Assembly: GCA_964454335.1 (NCBI GenBank)
Contig: CAYVVT010000001.1
Coordinates: 432,083 to 496,082 of the forward strand
From: an uncultured Lentisphaeria bacterium
GTDB lineage: Bacteria > Fidelibacterota > UBA8477 > JABMPR01
Length of the DNA stretch: 64,000 bases
Reading direction: 5' to 3'
This document shows, piece by piece, positions 26,540-36,648 of this stretch. Numbering within the stretch: the stretch's first letter is position 1; the number at the start of each line of letters is the position of its first letter. A model generated the notes under the pieces. It was not told the origin of the DNA. It made no database searches and saw only the letters and a list, made by a program, of their open reading frames with translations. The translations under genes and the position numbers were made by a program.

Positions 26540-29152
26540 ATGCGTCACCTATTGATCGTTCTGATTTTGTCCATTTCGCTGCTAAAGGCGACCCCGGTAT
26601 ATTTTGCCTACCTCTGGCATATGCATCAGCCGATCTATTACCCAGGCGAAACCATCGTAGAGACGGAAACAGCAGGACACTACGAGTATTCTGTCATCGG
26701 GATCCACACAGACCGGACCGGACCGTATACCTCCTGGGTGCGGGATGCCATCGAAGCCGGCATGGACGCCGGCCTTGGTCAGCTGGGTGCGTCTGTGAGC
26801 TTCTCAGGTTCGCTCATAGAAAACCTGAATGTCCTGGAAGCCAACGGGACCGAGGCATTCACCAACTGGACTAACGACTGGATCTGGAGCCTTGCCCAGA
26901 CGACCACCCAGGGGAATCCGAGACTGGACCTGGTACGCTTTGGCTACTTCCACCCGCTGATGGCGCTCATTGACCAGACTTCCATATCTGAGCAGATCAT
27001 CAGCCATGGAGATCTGGCGAGTCCCATATTCCAAATCGCCACTCACTCCAGGGGGATCTTTCCTCCTGAGAATGCCTTTATGCTGCAGATGATCCCCGCG
27101 CTGGTGGAGAATGAGATAGACTGGGTCCTGGTGGATAACATCCATTTCGAACGGGCCACGCAGGGTTATCCCTATTCAACGGGCAGTAACCTGGTGGTCC
27201 CCAATCCGGCCGAACAGCTCAATCCAGATCCCGGTGATTGGCAGCAATTGAACGGCTTGTGGTGCCCTTCCGCCATCTCAGCCCAATGGGCTCACCAACC
27301 CCACTATGCAGCATATGTGGATCCCTCAACAGGGCTTGAAAGCCGTGTGGTCGTCGTACCTGCCTCACGGTACATCGGTACCGAAGACGCCCGGGGCGGT
27401 TATGGTGCTCTGCAGTACGAGACGGTATTCTCACAACTCGAAGCCGCAAACACGGATCCTGATCACCCCATCCTGGTGGTCATGGCCCACGACGGGGACA
27501 ACCATGGCGGTGGTACCTATTCATATTACCACAATAATTTCCAGCAGATGGTCGCCTGGCTCAGTGCCAACTCCGAACGCTTCGTCTGTACCACCATTCA
27601 GGACTACCTGGACCAGTTCCTCCCGGATCCCGACGATGTCATCCACGTGGAACCGGGCAGCTGGAGCGGCGCGGACAACGGGGACCCTGAATTCAAGAAA
27701 TGGAATGCAGATCCCCATGGCGGTTATTCGCCCGATCAGAACAGTTGGGCGGTGATGACAGCGGCCAACAACCTGGTGAGGCAGGCCGAAGGTGTATCGC
27801 CATCGGATCCAGCCCTGGAAACGGCCAGACGCTATCTGCACATGGGTCAGGGCAGCGACTACTGGTACTGGGACTGGTCGCAGGGCGGGATCTGGGATAC
27901 CCACCCAACCCGAGCTGCAAATCTGGCGATTACGAGTATTCAGCATCTTCTGGGGAATGCCCCTGAGGTCCAACCGCCGTCACTCTACCTGCCCCAACGC
28001 GAACCCTATAATCCCGGGGGTATGGAATGGGACAATCCACAGAGCAGTGATTTCCAGGTCTGGACCCTGGTCTATGACTGGACCGGTCTGGACAGTGTGT
28101 GGCTTTATGTCCGCGAGGATCAGGACGGCTTCAATGATCCGCAGACCATCGACAATGAGACATTCTCTGGAGGACCAGATGCAGGAGAATGGCTCGGCAT
28201 CGAGATGTCGGCAACGGTACTTGAACCACAGACCAATGTGGATCCCCTGGTCATCGCGGATCTGTACACAGCCCAGGTCGAGGGTTTTGAGAACGTCCTG
28301 CTTGACTACTATGTCCGGGCGGTAGATCCCTGGGGTAATGCAGCCACTTCCATCATCCAGCATGTATATGTGGGTGATCTGGGGGGCGGTGGCCCGGACG
28401 GCTACGTGATGGACGGCATCCTGGATGATGCTGCCGACCTTGTATTGGAATCCGACGAGCTCTTCCTATACGCACACACTGACGGTGAACAGGTCTATCT
28501 GGCAGCAAATTCCGCAGCGGAGATCGATGAAGACGTGTTCATCGTGGTGGCGAATCAGCCAGGTCCCATGGTCCCGGCGTTCTGGGCCAAAGCTGGACAG
28601 GTCTCGTTGTGGGAAGCCTACCTGGGGAATGAAAGCACCAACAGCTGGTCCGGCTGGTTCGATACCCAACAGGGGATCGACAACGCCACCGGTGAAGTTC
28701 TGGAAGGGATCTACCAGTTGAATGATCCTCCACCGGACAACCTCTATCTTGCTATGGTCACCTACGAGACGCAGGATGGGGGAGAATTGCTGCGACAGCT
28801 GCCCGTGGGCAACGATGACATCAATCTGGATGCGGCTGAGTACCTGGCGTGGCCTATCGATGTCATCACCGGGTTGAGCTCACACCAGCCCCATTCATTT
28901 GAGATCAGCATCTATCCCAATCCAGGGAATTTTCAGCAGATCATTCAGGTAAGAACGATCCAGGAGGATGTCCTGAGGATATCCCTGTACAACATACTGG
29001 GACAGCAGGTAATGGCGTGGGATGAAGAGTTGCCGGCCGGCGAGCATCATTTGAAACTCCGATCTGCAAAACCTCTGTCATCAGGGGTCTATCTGCTCAG
29101 GGTGGAAGGTCGGGACACCAACCAGCTCAGTAAATTGATCCGCATGAACTAG
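26540..29152 (+). CDS. GH57-like glycoside hydrolase with a T9SS C-terminal sorting domain.
   Basis: GH57-like conserved regions: WHMHQP (region I), FPPENAF (region III-like), MAHDGDNHGGG (region IV-like, HDxGxxxG), GQGSDYWYW (region V-like). Signal peptide. The C-terminus ISIYPNPGNFQQII...LIRMN is the T9SS CTD. Confidence 0.6.
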   Translation: MRHLLIVLILSISLLKATPVYFAYLWHMHQPIYYPGETIVETETAGHYEYSVIGIHTDRTGPYTSWVRDAIEAGMDAGLGQLGASVSFSGSLIENLNVLEANGTEAFTNWTNDWIWSLAQTTTQGNPRLDLVRFGYFHPLMALIDQTSISEQIISHGDLASPIFQIATHSRGIFPPENAFMLQMIPALVENEIDWVLVDNIHFERATQGYPYSTGSNLVVPNPAEQLNPDPGDWQQLNGLWCPSAISAQWAHQPHYAAYVDPSTGLESRVVVVPASRYIGTEDARGGYGALQYETVFSQLEAANTDPDHPILVVMAHDGDNHGGGTYSYYHNNFQQMVAWLSANSERFVCTTIQDYLDQFLPDPDDVIHVEPGSWSGADNGDPEFKKWNADPHGGYSPDQNSWAVMTAANNLVRQAEGVSPSDPALETARRYLHMGQGSDYWYWDWSQGGIWDTHPTRAANLAITSIQHLLGNAPEVQPPSLYLPQREPYNPGGMEWDNPQSSDFQVWTLVYDWTGLDSVWLYVREDQDGFNDPQTIDNETFSGGPDAGEWLGIEMSATVLEPQTNVDPLVIADLYTAQVEGFENVLLDYYVRAVDPWGNAATSIIQHVYVGDLGGGGPDGYVMDGILDDAADLVLESDELFLYAHTDGEQVYLAANSAAEIDEDVFIVVANQPGPMVPAFWAKAGQVSLWEAYLGNESTNSWSGWFDTQQGIDNATGEVLEGIYQLNDPPPDNLYLAMVTYETQDGGELLRQLPVGNDDINLDAAEYLAWPIDVITGLSSHQPHSFEISIYPNPGNFQQIIQVRTIQEDVLRISLYNILGQQVMAWDEELPAGEHHLKLRSAKPLSSGVYLLRVEGRDTNQLSKLIRMN

Positions 29153-29253
29153 AACCACTCTCGTCTTTAAAACTGGAAAAATGCCGTGTGGACGACAATT
29201 ACCGTACTGCGGGGATGATAGTTTTCTGCGAGCATGAAGGAAGGAAAGAGACT

Positions 29254-30126
29254 ATGCGCAGGGGTATGATCAGGACGGTTGGCGTAGAGGAAAATGTTCC
29301 CAGCAGACACCTGTGGGGGATCTTGGGGACTCTCCTGTTGTCCGCTGCCAGCCTGACGGCCCAAGATTACGAGGTGGGGGGTTTTCTCAGCTCCGAGACC
29401 TTGAATGCCCCCATGACCATCTGTGCCAACGGCAGCGGCGAGACCACGATCAACGAATTGCTCAGCAGTACGGATGAGTACCCAAGGGCCGTCTGGATCG
29501 CCTTTTTCGCCTCCTGGTGAGGAAGCTGTCGGAACGAGATCGTCGATCTCGAGGAATACCACCAGAATATGTATGACCAGGGGCTGCGGATCATCAGTCT
29601 GGGCAGAACCTGGAATCAGCCCTACAGCTGCAGCGGCTGGGCCGATCTGGGTGCCACGTACCCTCTGGTAGACGATGAATTGACCCAATACTGGGATGAT
29701 TTCGGGCTGGGGATCGTACCCACCAATGTCATCATTGACGTCGATGGCCAGGTCCGTTTCAACTCTATCGGCTTCAACGAAAATCTCATTGCACCCATCC
29801 TGGAAGAATTGCTGGGGCCGGTGGACACTGCAGAGATCCCGACTCCAGAAACATTCATTCTGATCAGTAACTATCCCAATCCCTTTAATGCGGGGACAAA
29901 GATAGAATTCTCATTGGAAGAAGCCCGGGACATCAGGCTGGTGGTGAGGAATATCAGCGGTCAAGAGGTTGCCATGCTGCATGAAGGTTATCTCCCAGCG
30001 GGAAACCAGACCTTCAGCTGGGATGGATACGGTGATAATACTGCCGTGCTGTCAAGTGGGATCTATCTCCTTCAACTGCGCGCTGGCCCTCAGGTGCATT
30101 CTCACAAACTGTTGTTGAATAAATAG
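29254..30126 (+). CDS. Thioredoxin-fold (TlpA/redoxin-like) selenoprotein with a UxxC active site and a T9SS C-terminal sorting domain; the in-frame TGA lies at 29518-29520.
   Basis: ORFs 29188..29520 and 29569..30126 share one frame and are separated only by TGA. Read through, the join gives ...AVWIAFFASW-U-GSCRNEIVDLEEY..., the WCxxC redoxin motif with Sec at the first Cys. A hairpin lies 15 nt downstream. The C-terminus is NYPNPFNAGTKIEF...LLLNK. Confidence 0.7.
29521..29555 (+). promoter_or_regulatory. Candidate bacterial SECIS hairpin immediately 3' of the UGA codon.
   Basis: cgagatc-gtc-gatctcg (a 7-bp stem with a 3-nt G/U-containing loop) begins 15 nt after TGA. Confidence 0.45.
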
Positions 30127-30175
30127 CTATTCCCCAAGGTGAATCCCGGTTAATTTTTCCCAGGACCTGAGGGTT

Positions 30176-30583
30176 ATGGGTATATCCACCACCAAAGATC
30201 AAGATCGTGGTATCATCATTCACAAAGTCGATGGTTCGGTAACCATTGCTGAAATACTGAATGCGATGAACCTGACGACCCGGCCTGAATTCTACGCCAA
30301 GACCACCTGGACCCTGTGGGATTTTACAGAAGCCGCACTTGATATTTTCGACCTGAAGGAGGCTAAAGAGGTCAGTCAATCCATGCAGGATCTGTCAGAT
30401 CATTTCTTTGACGGTGCTGTTGCCGTGGCCGTAAGGAGCAAGCTGGAATATGGCTTCGCCAGAGTGATCACCGGCTTTGCCGGAGAGATGCCCTACGACA
30501 TCAAGATCTCCCAGGATCTGCAGGAGGCTCTGACCTGGCTGCTTGAACACAAAGCCATGGCTGAAAAAAACACATCGAGCTGA
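30176..30583 (+). CDS. Hypothetical protein (135 aa) just downstream of the selenoprotein.
   Basis: An ORF with a plausible start and good coding character; no family was recognised. Confidence 0.4.
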   Translation: MGISTTKDQDRGIIIHKVDGSVTIAEILNAMNLTTRPEFYAKTTWTLWDFTEAALDIFDLKEAKEVSQSMQDLSDHFFDGAVAVAVRSKLEYGFARVITGFAGEMPYDIKISQDLQEALTWLLEHKAMAEKNTSS

Positions 30584-30630
30584 TACTGCCATCACCACCG
30601 TCGGCGGTGAGAAACATTCCGTAATCAACT

Positions 30631-31203
30631 TCAACTGGAACCAACATTAAAGATCTCAAGTGGAGGAATTGCATAGCTTTTCAGTTCCCGATCTACGTTT
30701 CTTGATCGCGGATAATACTGATCCAGATTAGACCAGAACACATTGCTGTGATTGGGAACCTCGGTGTGAACCAATTCGTGCAGCAGAACATAATCAATGA
30801 GGTGTGAGGGCAGGATGACAAGGGCGGCATTCAGGCTGATGGTGCCACTGCTGGAGCAGGATGCCCAGCGGCTCGATTGGCGACGAAGAGACAATCGCTT
30901 GTATGAGAATGGCGTTCCCGCGGCGAGGGTCTCCATTCGCATGAATAGTTCCTCACGGATCTCCTCGCGGGATCGTGCCGGCGTCAGCGCAATCCTTTGA
31001 AGTGTATTCTTTTCGATCTGTGCCACAGCGATCAGATGCCTTTCGAGCCAGGTCTGCCTGGATTCCAGGAACTTCTGGATCCTGGACTCGGAGAATCCCC
31101 GGGGGGCATGCACCTCGGCTCCGATGAATGGTTTTACGGTTATTCGAAGCCGGCGCAGCTTTGGTTTGATCAGGATCTTCGGGGTGGTTTTCATAGGCAT
31201 GGA
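30631..31203 (-). CDS. YgjP-like (DUF45/SprT-like) zinc metallohydrolase.
   Basis: HELVHTEVPNHS is an HExxH motif in a YgjP-type context; the start was chosen at MPMKTTPKILIKPKLRRLRITV. Confidence 0.7.
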   Translation of the reverse strand, partial: SMPMKTTPKILIKPKLRRLRITVKPFIGAEVHAPRGFSESRIQKFLESRQTWLERHLIAVAQIEKNTLQRIALTPARSREEIREELFMRMETLAAGTPFSYKRLSLRRQSSRWASCSSSGTISLNAALVILPSHLIDYVLLHELVHTEVPNHSNVFWSNLDQYYPRSRNVDRELKSYAIPPLEIFNVGSS

Positions 31204-31284
31204 GGATAACACCGAATTTTCTGATTGGGGAGAAATTGATTGTACTTCTAAAGTTTGCAGCGAGATCGAGTGGCAATTCAACCA

Positions 31285-31520
31285 TGTGAATCAGTACTTC
31301 TTTTTGATGCGCCAAAAAGAAGCAAAAGGCGCTCTTCTACAATTGACCAGGAAAGCATCTGGTGCAATCAATCAACTCATTCGCGGTAGAATTGAAACTC
31401 ACCCCGGTAGTACCGGGGCTCAGACAACAATTCTGCTTCCCGCTCACTCATTGTTGACGCCCTCCGGCTGCTTCCCAAGCAGGTTTGTTTTGTTGAATGC
31501 CGGGGTGGAGATCCGGGAGG
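31285..31520. repeat. Structured repeat unit R8, a core copy with an alternative central hairpin.
   Basis: cttctttttgatgcgccaaaaagaag, then ...gcggtagaattgaaactcaccccggtagtaccggggctcagacaacaattctgc..., ending cttcccaagcagg. Confidence 0.75.
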
Positions 31521-31618
31521 TCATCCCAAGTAACCCAATGGCGGGATTCAATCTTTGAATTCAAAACGAAAAGGGCCAGCCACCGGCCAGCCCCTCGCAA
31601 CAAAGGAGTTCTTGCGAA

Positions 31619-32425
31619 CTAGAGAGCTATGGGTTCAAGGTTCTCTTTTTCGATATCCTTGAAATAATTGACGGTGCCGACCTTGAGTTCGTATGTGGCA
31701 TCCTCGTCACAGACCACCATGGATCTGGGGTGCAGCTGCAGAACGGAAGCTGTCCACATGTGATTGACACCTTCCTCGATCATCTTGTGCAGCGCCCGGG
31801 CCTTGCCGTGACCGTTGACGATGAGTAGGACCTCCTTGGAATCGGTGACCGTACCAACGCCCACCGTGAGCGCCAGACGCGGAACCTTATCCGGATCATT
31901 GTCAAAGAAACGGGAATTGGCAACGCGCGTATCATAGGTAAGGGTTTTGATCCGGGTACGTGAGTACAGTGAAGAACCAGGCTCATTGAATGCGATATGG
32001 CCGTCTGGACCGATCCCGCCGAGGAAGAGCTGGATGCCGCCCATGGTATCGATCTTGCGCTCGAAACGTTTGCATTCCGCCACCAGGTCCTCAGCATTGC
32101 CGTTGAGGATGTTGATATTCTCCTCGGGGATGCCGATCTGACTGAAAAGGTTCTGACGCATAAAGGTGTGGTAACTCTCCGGATGTCCCTCGGGGATGCC
32201 GACATATTCGTCCATGTTGAAGGTCATCACATTCTCAAAGGAAACCTTCCCCTGGTTCACCAATTTGACCATCTCCTTATATGTGCCCATGGGAGAAGAG
32301 CCGGTGGGGAGTCCCAACACGTAGGGATTATCCTTTGTCGGCGCATATTTATTGATCTTCCGGGCGATGTAATGCGCCGTCCACTTGCTCAAGTGGTCAT
32401 AGTCGGGTTGAATGATGAGTCGCAT
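31619..32425 (-). CDS. nagB: Glucosamine-6-phosphate deaminase.
   Basis: MRLIIQPDYDHLSKWTAHYIARKIN...LGLPTGSSPMGTYKEMV...MDEYVG matches the NagB family. Confidence 0.9.
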   Translation of the reverse strand: MRLIIQPDYDHLSKWTAHYIARKINKYAPTKDNPYVLGLPTGSSPMGTYKEMVKLVNQGKVSFENVMTFNMDEYVGIPEGHPESYHTFMRQNLFSQIGIPEENINILNGNAEDLVAECKRFERKIDTMGGIQLFLGGIGPDGHIAFNEPGSSLYSRTRIKTLTYDTRVANSRFFDNDPDKVPRLALTVGVGTVTDSKEVLLIVNGHGKARALHKMIEEGVNHMWTASVLQLHPRSMVVCDEDATYELKVGTVNYFKDIEKENLEPIAL

Positions 32426-32445
32426 GTTCCACTCCTTGTTGAAAG

Positions 32446-34416
32446 CTACGAGAGCTTCTGCTGTATTGCTTGAAACCGCTCATCGAGAACAGTGATCTGT
32501 TGATGGATCCCTGCTGTGAACGCTTCATTTTCCACATTCCCCCGAACGGCTGTGAAATCAGCCTCCTTGTGACCATCGATTCCGAAGCCGGTCTGGATGA
32601 CAGCACCGAATTCCTTCTCCGCATCCATGAGCACCATGTTCAGCAGTTTCCGTGAGGACTTCTGCCATTTCTCAAAGAACAGGAGTAGATCCGCTCTGGA
32701 GATACTGTTGAGATCCTGGTCATAGACCCGGGTGAATTGGTTGAGGATCCAGTTCCATTCATCCGCAGCATAGGCCGTATGCAATTCCTGGAAGCCTGCC
32801 AGCAGAGCGGATTGATCGCCGACCTCGATACTCTTGATGGTATCCAGAAGGGAACCCAGCCGATCCTGATCGCAGAGCAGTCCTGATACATCTACCCAAT
32901 CCGCTTCGCCCGGTGTCGCAGTCTCATCAGGAGTGAGGGCCTGGTGAACAGTGTCCTTGTCCGACAGCAGGCGTTCAGCGATAATGTCTCCGAAATACTT
33001 ATCCAGGATCATGGCGTAGTAACGACTGCAGGTCTTCAGCAGCAGGCGTTTGATGATGATCCCGTTGTGGGTGATGGCGTCCTGGCTGCGGGGTGTTTCC
33101 TGGTAGAGCTTCATCAAAGTTTCACGACCCCTGATCACCTTCTGGACTGTGTAGGGGGAAAGCACCTCGAAATGCAACTGGTCAAGTCTGTCATCATGAG
33201 CACGCCGATCACGCTGGGGCCATTTGGCGCCATCACGAAAGGTCCCTACGGTGAAATAATTCATGGCCGGAATAAGCGCTGATCTGCCGTCCTCCTCGTT
33301 CACGTAGGAGAAAGGCATGTCGCCGGTGTCGAAATTCTGATAATGCTTGCCCATGACCACGCTGAAGGCGCCCACCCGGCTGGGCCAGAGCAGATAGGAG
33401 AAGGATCCGGTCTTGCAGCCGCGTTCTAGAATGCCCTGGTGCACCGGCCCCAGCTTGTAAAGATGGTTGCTCTGGTTGGACCCGCTGCCAGCATTGAAAA
33501 AGGAGGTCATTCCCGCAATGAGCAAAGTTGACCGGTGATGTGTAACCGTATATGGACCGGCAAACAGGGCCACTGCCTCAGAATGGAAACCCTCAGAGTT
33601 GGCGAAGATCAGTGTATTCTCAGCGGAGAATTGCCTGCCGATGCGACAGCCCTCCCCGATGAGTGTAGCCGTCAATAGCGCGCCATCCTCAACCTGTGAT
33701 CCCTGCTGGATGATGAAATGCTTGGCGATGACACCTTCACCGACAAGTGATGGAGATTCCTTTGAGGAAACGACGCTGCCATTCTCCATAGCCTGTACGC
33801 CAGTCAACCTGGCAAAGGGTCCCACAAGCACGTCCTTCAACGAGCTGCAGTTCTGGATGATCGCATTGGCACCGATATAGGCAGTATCCGACCTCACCGA
33901 ATCAGTAAATGCATCAGCAAGAGCGTTCAGTGATTTCACCAATTCCTCATCATGTCGATAGAGAGCGGTGACATATGCGATCTGAGCACTGGTCAAGGCC
34001 GTCATCTTGAGTTCACGGCCCCCGCCCTCATTCAGGGCCTCGATCTCATGCCCGTTGCCAAAGGTGGCGTCGCGGGAACATGCGATGGAGCCCACATTCT
34101 CGATGAGGACCTGGTCGGCGATCTCAAGATTGGACAGCCAGCCGGAGACATTGGAGATATGACAGTTATCCCCGAGCGAGATATTGTTCAAATTGGAATC
34201 GAAGATGCCGCAATAACGGATGACACCGTCGTCCAGATCGATCTCGCCGTCGAGACGACCTAGCCTGATGTTCCCGCGGAAAACCGTACCGGCCACACGC
34301 CGGGCATCAAAGCCTTCCGTCACCTGTACAGATTCCCAGTTGTCTGTCCAGCATCCATTCTGACGCATGAGCTTGATCTCTTCGGCAGAAAGCGGGCGGT
34401 ATAGATCAGCGGGCAT
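32446..34416 (-). CDS. DUF4954-like hexapeptide-repeat (left-handed beta-helix) protein linked to nagB.
   Basis: A 656-aa protein with repetitive beta-helix-like segments; nagB-adjacent architecture as in FCB-group genomes. Confidence 0.55.
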   Translation of the reverse strand: MPADLYRPLSAEEIKLMRQNGCWTDNWESVQVTEGFDARRVAGTVFRGNIRLGRLDGEIDLDDGVIRYCGIFDSNLNNISLGDNCHISNVSGWLSNLEIADQVLIENVGSIACSRDATFGNGHEIEALNEGGGRELKMTALTSAQIAYVTALYRHDEELVKSLNALADAFTDSVRSDTAYIGANAIIQNCSSLKDVLVGPFARLTGVQAMENGSVVSSKESPSLVGEGVIAKHFIIQQGSQVEDGALLTATLIGEGCRIGRQFSAENTLIFANSEGFHSEAVALFAGPYTVTHHRSTLLIAGMTSFFNAGSGSNQSNHLYKLGPVHQGILERGCKTGSFSYLLWPSRVGAFSVVMGKHYQNFDTGDMPFSYVNEEDGRSALIPAMNYFTVGTFRDGAKWPQRDRRAHDDRLDQLHFEVLSPYTVQKVIRGRETLMKLYQETPRSQDAITHNGIIIKRLLLKTCSRYYAMILDKYFGDIIAERLLSDKDTVHQALTPDETATPGEADWVDVSGLLCDQDRLGSLLDTIKSIEVGDQSALLAGFQELHTAYAADEWNWILNQFTRVYDQDLNSISRADLLLFFEKWQKSSRKLLNMVLMDAEKEFGAVIQTGFGIDGHKEADFTAVRGNVENEAFTAGIHQQITVLDERFQAIQQKLS

Positions 34417-35200
34417 CCTGGTTCCTTTCCTTGCTGACGATGACTTTTAGTTCATAAGGTTCACCGCGATAGAATCCCTCCAGGTATTCCACGGGATTAT
34501 TGTCCGTGCTGTAGGTGGTCCCACGGAGGCGCAGGATGGGATTTCGGACCTTGATATCCAGTCGCCGGGCTACTCGTTCGGTAGCCAGGCCGGGTTGGAT
34601 GCTGTGATCAGCCCGGGAGACGATGACACCATGGGCATTCTCAAGATACTGATAGATGGAGGTGTCCTGGGGCATACCCTTCTTCAGCAGGTCCGCGCCA
34701 TAGGTCTGGGGCAGGTAGGAGGTTTCAAGTGCAAATGGTGTATCCTCCAGAATTCTCACCCGGCGGATGAAGATCAAGGGTTCCCCGGGTTCGATTCCCA
34801 GGCCGGTGTAAGCCAGCTCGTGTTTGTCAAAGGATTCGATCTTCTTGATTTCCAGTAATTCAGAATGGGCCTCATAACCCAGGCGATCCATTTCTGCTGT
34901 AAAGCCCTCCAGCTTCAGCAGCATCTGGGTATGCGGAGCATGGTTCACAAAGGTACCTTCACCGCGACGGACGTACAGCAGCCCCTCACGGGTCAGTTCC
35001 TGCAATGCCTGCCGCACAGTCATTCTGCTGATATCGAAGGCGGAGGTGAGCTCGTTCTCAGAAGGGATCTGTTCACCCGGTTTCAGCAATGAGCTATTGA
35101 TCAGGTCCTTCAGGATATCCCGGACCTGTATGTAAAGCGGTGTGAAGGACCGTTTATCCAGGGCATAGCCCTGAAGGAGACTGGATTCAGAGGCTGTCAT
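34406..35200 (-). CDS. GntR/HutC-family transcriptional regulator (NagR-like) with a UTRA effector domain.
   Basis: HTH block YIQVRDILKDLINSSLLKPGEQIPSENELTSAFDISRMTVRQAL; the start ATG sits 4 nt after the ACP stop. Confidence 0.8.
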   Translation of the reverse strand: MTASESSLLQGYALDKRSFTPLYIQVRDILKDLINSSLLKPGEQIPSENELTSAFDISRMTVRQALQELTREGLLYVRRGEGTFVNHAPHTQMLLKLEGFTAEMDRLGYEAHSELLEIKKIESFDKHELAYTGLGIEPGEPLIFIRRVRILEDTPFALETSYLPQTYGADLLKKGMPQDTSIYQYLENAHGVIVSRADHSIQPGLATERVARRLDIKVRNPILRLRGTTYSTDNNPVEYLEGFYRGEPYELKVIVSKERNQDAR

Positions 35201-35204
35201 GACA

Positions 35205-35450
35205 TCAATGCTGTTCCTGGATGACCCGGTCAATGAAAGTGACGGCGGCCCCGACATTCTTTACAGCCAGAGCTGCATCTTCATCCATCTCGATGTCGAA
35301 TTCCTCTTCAAAGGCCGCCACCAGTTCGATGGATTGCATGGAATCGGCGCCCAGATCCTCCACGAAACGGGAGTCGGCCTGGATGATGGCGGCATCGATC
35401 TTGAGCAGCTCGGCCACAACATTCTTCAAACGTGTCTGTGTATCGGACAT
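35205..35450 (-). CDS. Acyl carrier protein-like small protein.
   Basis: DLGADSMQSIELVAAFEEEFDIEMDED is the phosphopantetheine-attachment region of ACPs; a GAGG RBS is present. Confidence 0.75.
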   Translation of the reverse strand: MSDTQTRLKNVVAELLKIDAAIIQADSRFVEDLGADSMQSIELVAAFEEEFDIEMDEDAALAVKNVGAAVTFIDRVIQEQH

Positions 35451-35451
35451 T

Positions 35452-36648
35452 CTAAACCTCATTCGTCAATTGATAGGTGTCCCTGGCGATGGCCAGTTCC
35501 TCGTTGGTGGGGATCACGTAGATCCCGACTATTGAATCCTGAGTGTGCACCGAGCCCTCCCGACCTTCGCAGTCTCGGTTCAGCTGCTTATCGAGGATGA
35601 TGCCCAGGCCATCCAGGTTTCCCAGGATGCGTGCGCGCATAACTGCACCACCCTCGCCGATCCCGCCGGTGAAGATGACGGCATCCACGTGATTGAGAAC
35701 GGCCATATAGCCGCCGATGTATTTGCGGACCCGATAGGCGAAGATATCCAGCGCCATGCCGGCGGCTGTATCTCCACTCCCGGCACGTTCCTCCAGATCC
35801 CGGACATCGTTGGAGCTGCCGGAAAGTCCAAGCAATCCGGACTTCTTGTTGAGAATGAGGCTGATCTCCTCACGCTTGTAGCCCTTACGCTGCAGATAGA
35901 GCAGGATCTCAGGATCCAGGTCGCCGCTACGGGTACCCATCACCAGACCCTCGAGAGGGGTCAGTCCCATGCTGGTATCAACGGAGAGTCCATTCTCAAT
36001 GGCCGTGATGGAACTACCGTTCCCCAGATGACAGGTGATGACATTCACCCCGTACCTGTCATGGTCAGTGAGTTCGGCATAGCGACGTGCCACGAAACGG
36101 TGGGAGATACCATGGAATCCATAGCGGCGGATGCGGTATTTCTCGTACAGCTCATGCGGTAGTGCGTAGCGATATGCCTTGGGCGGCAGGCTCTGATGAA
36201 AGGCGGTATCAAAACAGGCTACCTGAGGGATGTCACCGAAGATCTTGCGAGAGGTCTGAATACCGCTGAGGTTGGGTGGATTGTGCAGGGGAGCCAGATC
36301 GAAACAGGCTTCTACTCCGGCCTCCAACTCGTCGTCGATGAGTACAGATCCGGTGTAGGCCTCGCCACCGTGGACCACACGGTGGCCGCAGGCATTGACC
36401 TCTGCCAGTCCCTGCAGAACACCCTTCTCCGCATGGGTTATCATGGCGGTGATGATCTCGAACCCGGCGGTGTAATTCTTGACAGGCATGTGATAGCTGA
36501 TCTCACCACGTTTAGAAAGCTGGGAAGCCTCGGAATCATTTTTGCCGATACGCTCAATGAGACCGCTGGCCACCTGCTCCTCAGACGGCATGTCAAAGAG
36601 CCTGTACTTGATGGACGAGCTCCCGCAGTTGAAGACCAGGACCATCAT
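35452..36648 (-). CDS. ackA: Acetate kinase.
   Basis: VLVFNCGSSSIKYRLFDM... and the rest match the acetate/propionate kinase family. Confidence 0.9.
   Translation of the reverse strand: MMVLVFNCGSSSIKYRLFDMPSEEQVASGLIERIGKNDSEASQLSKRGEISYHMPVKNYTAGFEIITAMITHAEKGVLQGLAEVNACGHRVVHGGEAYTGSVLIDDELEAGVEACFDLAPLHNPPNLSGIQTSRKIFGDIPQVACFDTAFHQSLPPKAYRYALPHELYEKYRIRRYGFHGISHRFVARRYAELTDHDRYGVNVITCHLGNGSSITAIENGLSVDTSMGLTPLEGLVMGTRSGDLDPEILLYLQRKGYKREEISLILNKKSGLLGLSGSSNDVRDLEERAGSGDTAAGMALDIFAYRVRKYIGGYMAVLNHVDAVIFTGGIGEGGAVMRARILGNLDGLGIILDKQLNRDCEGREGSVHTQDSIVGIYVIPTNEELAIARDTYQLTNEV

Noticed and set aside
29167-29688. Minus-strand ORF of 173 aa overlapping the selenoprotein locus
   Set aside because: It is antisense to the thioredoxin-fold/CTD gene, which has clear domain homology. 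The minus-strand product is low-complexity.
34406-35257. The longer 283-aa version of the GntR regulator starting at 35257
   Set aside because: The extension would overlap the ACP-like gene by ~50 nt and encodes a Ser/Pro-rich non-conserved N-terminus. An ATG 4 nt after the ACP stop gives a standard GntR N-terminus.
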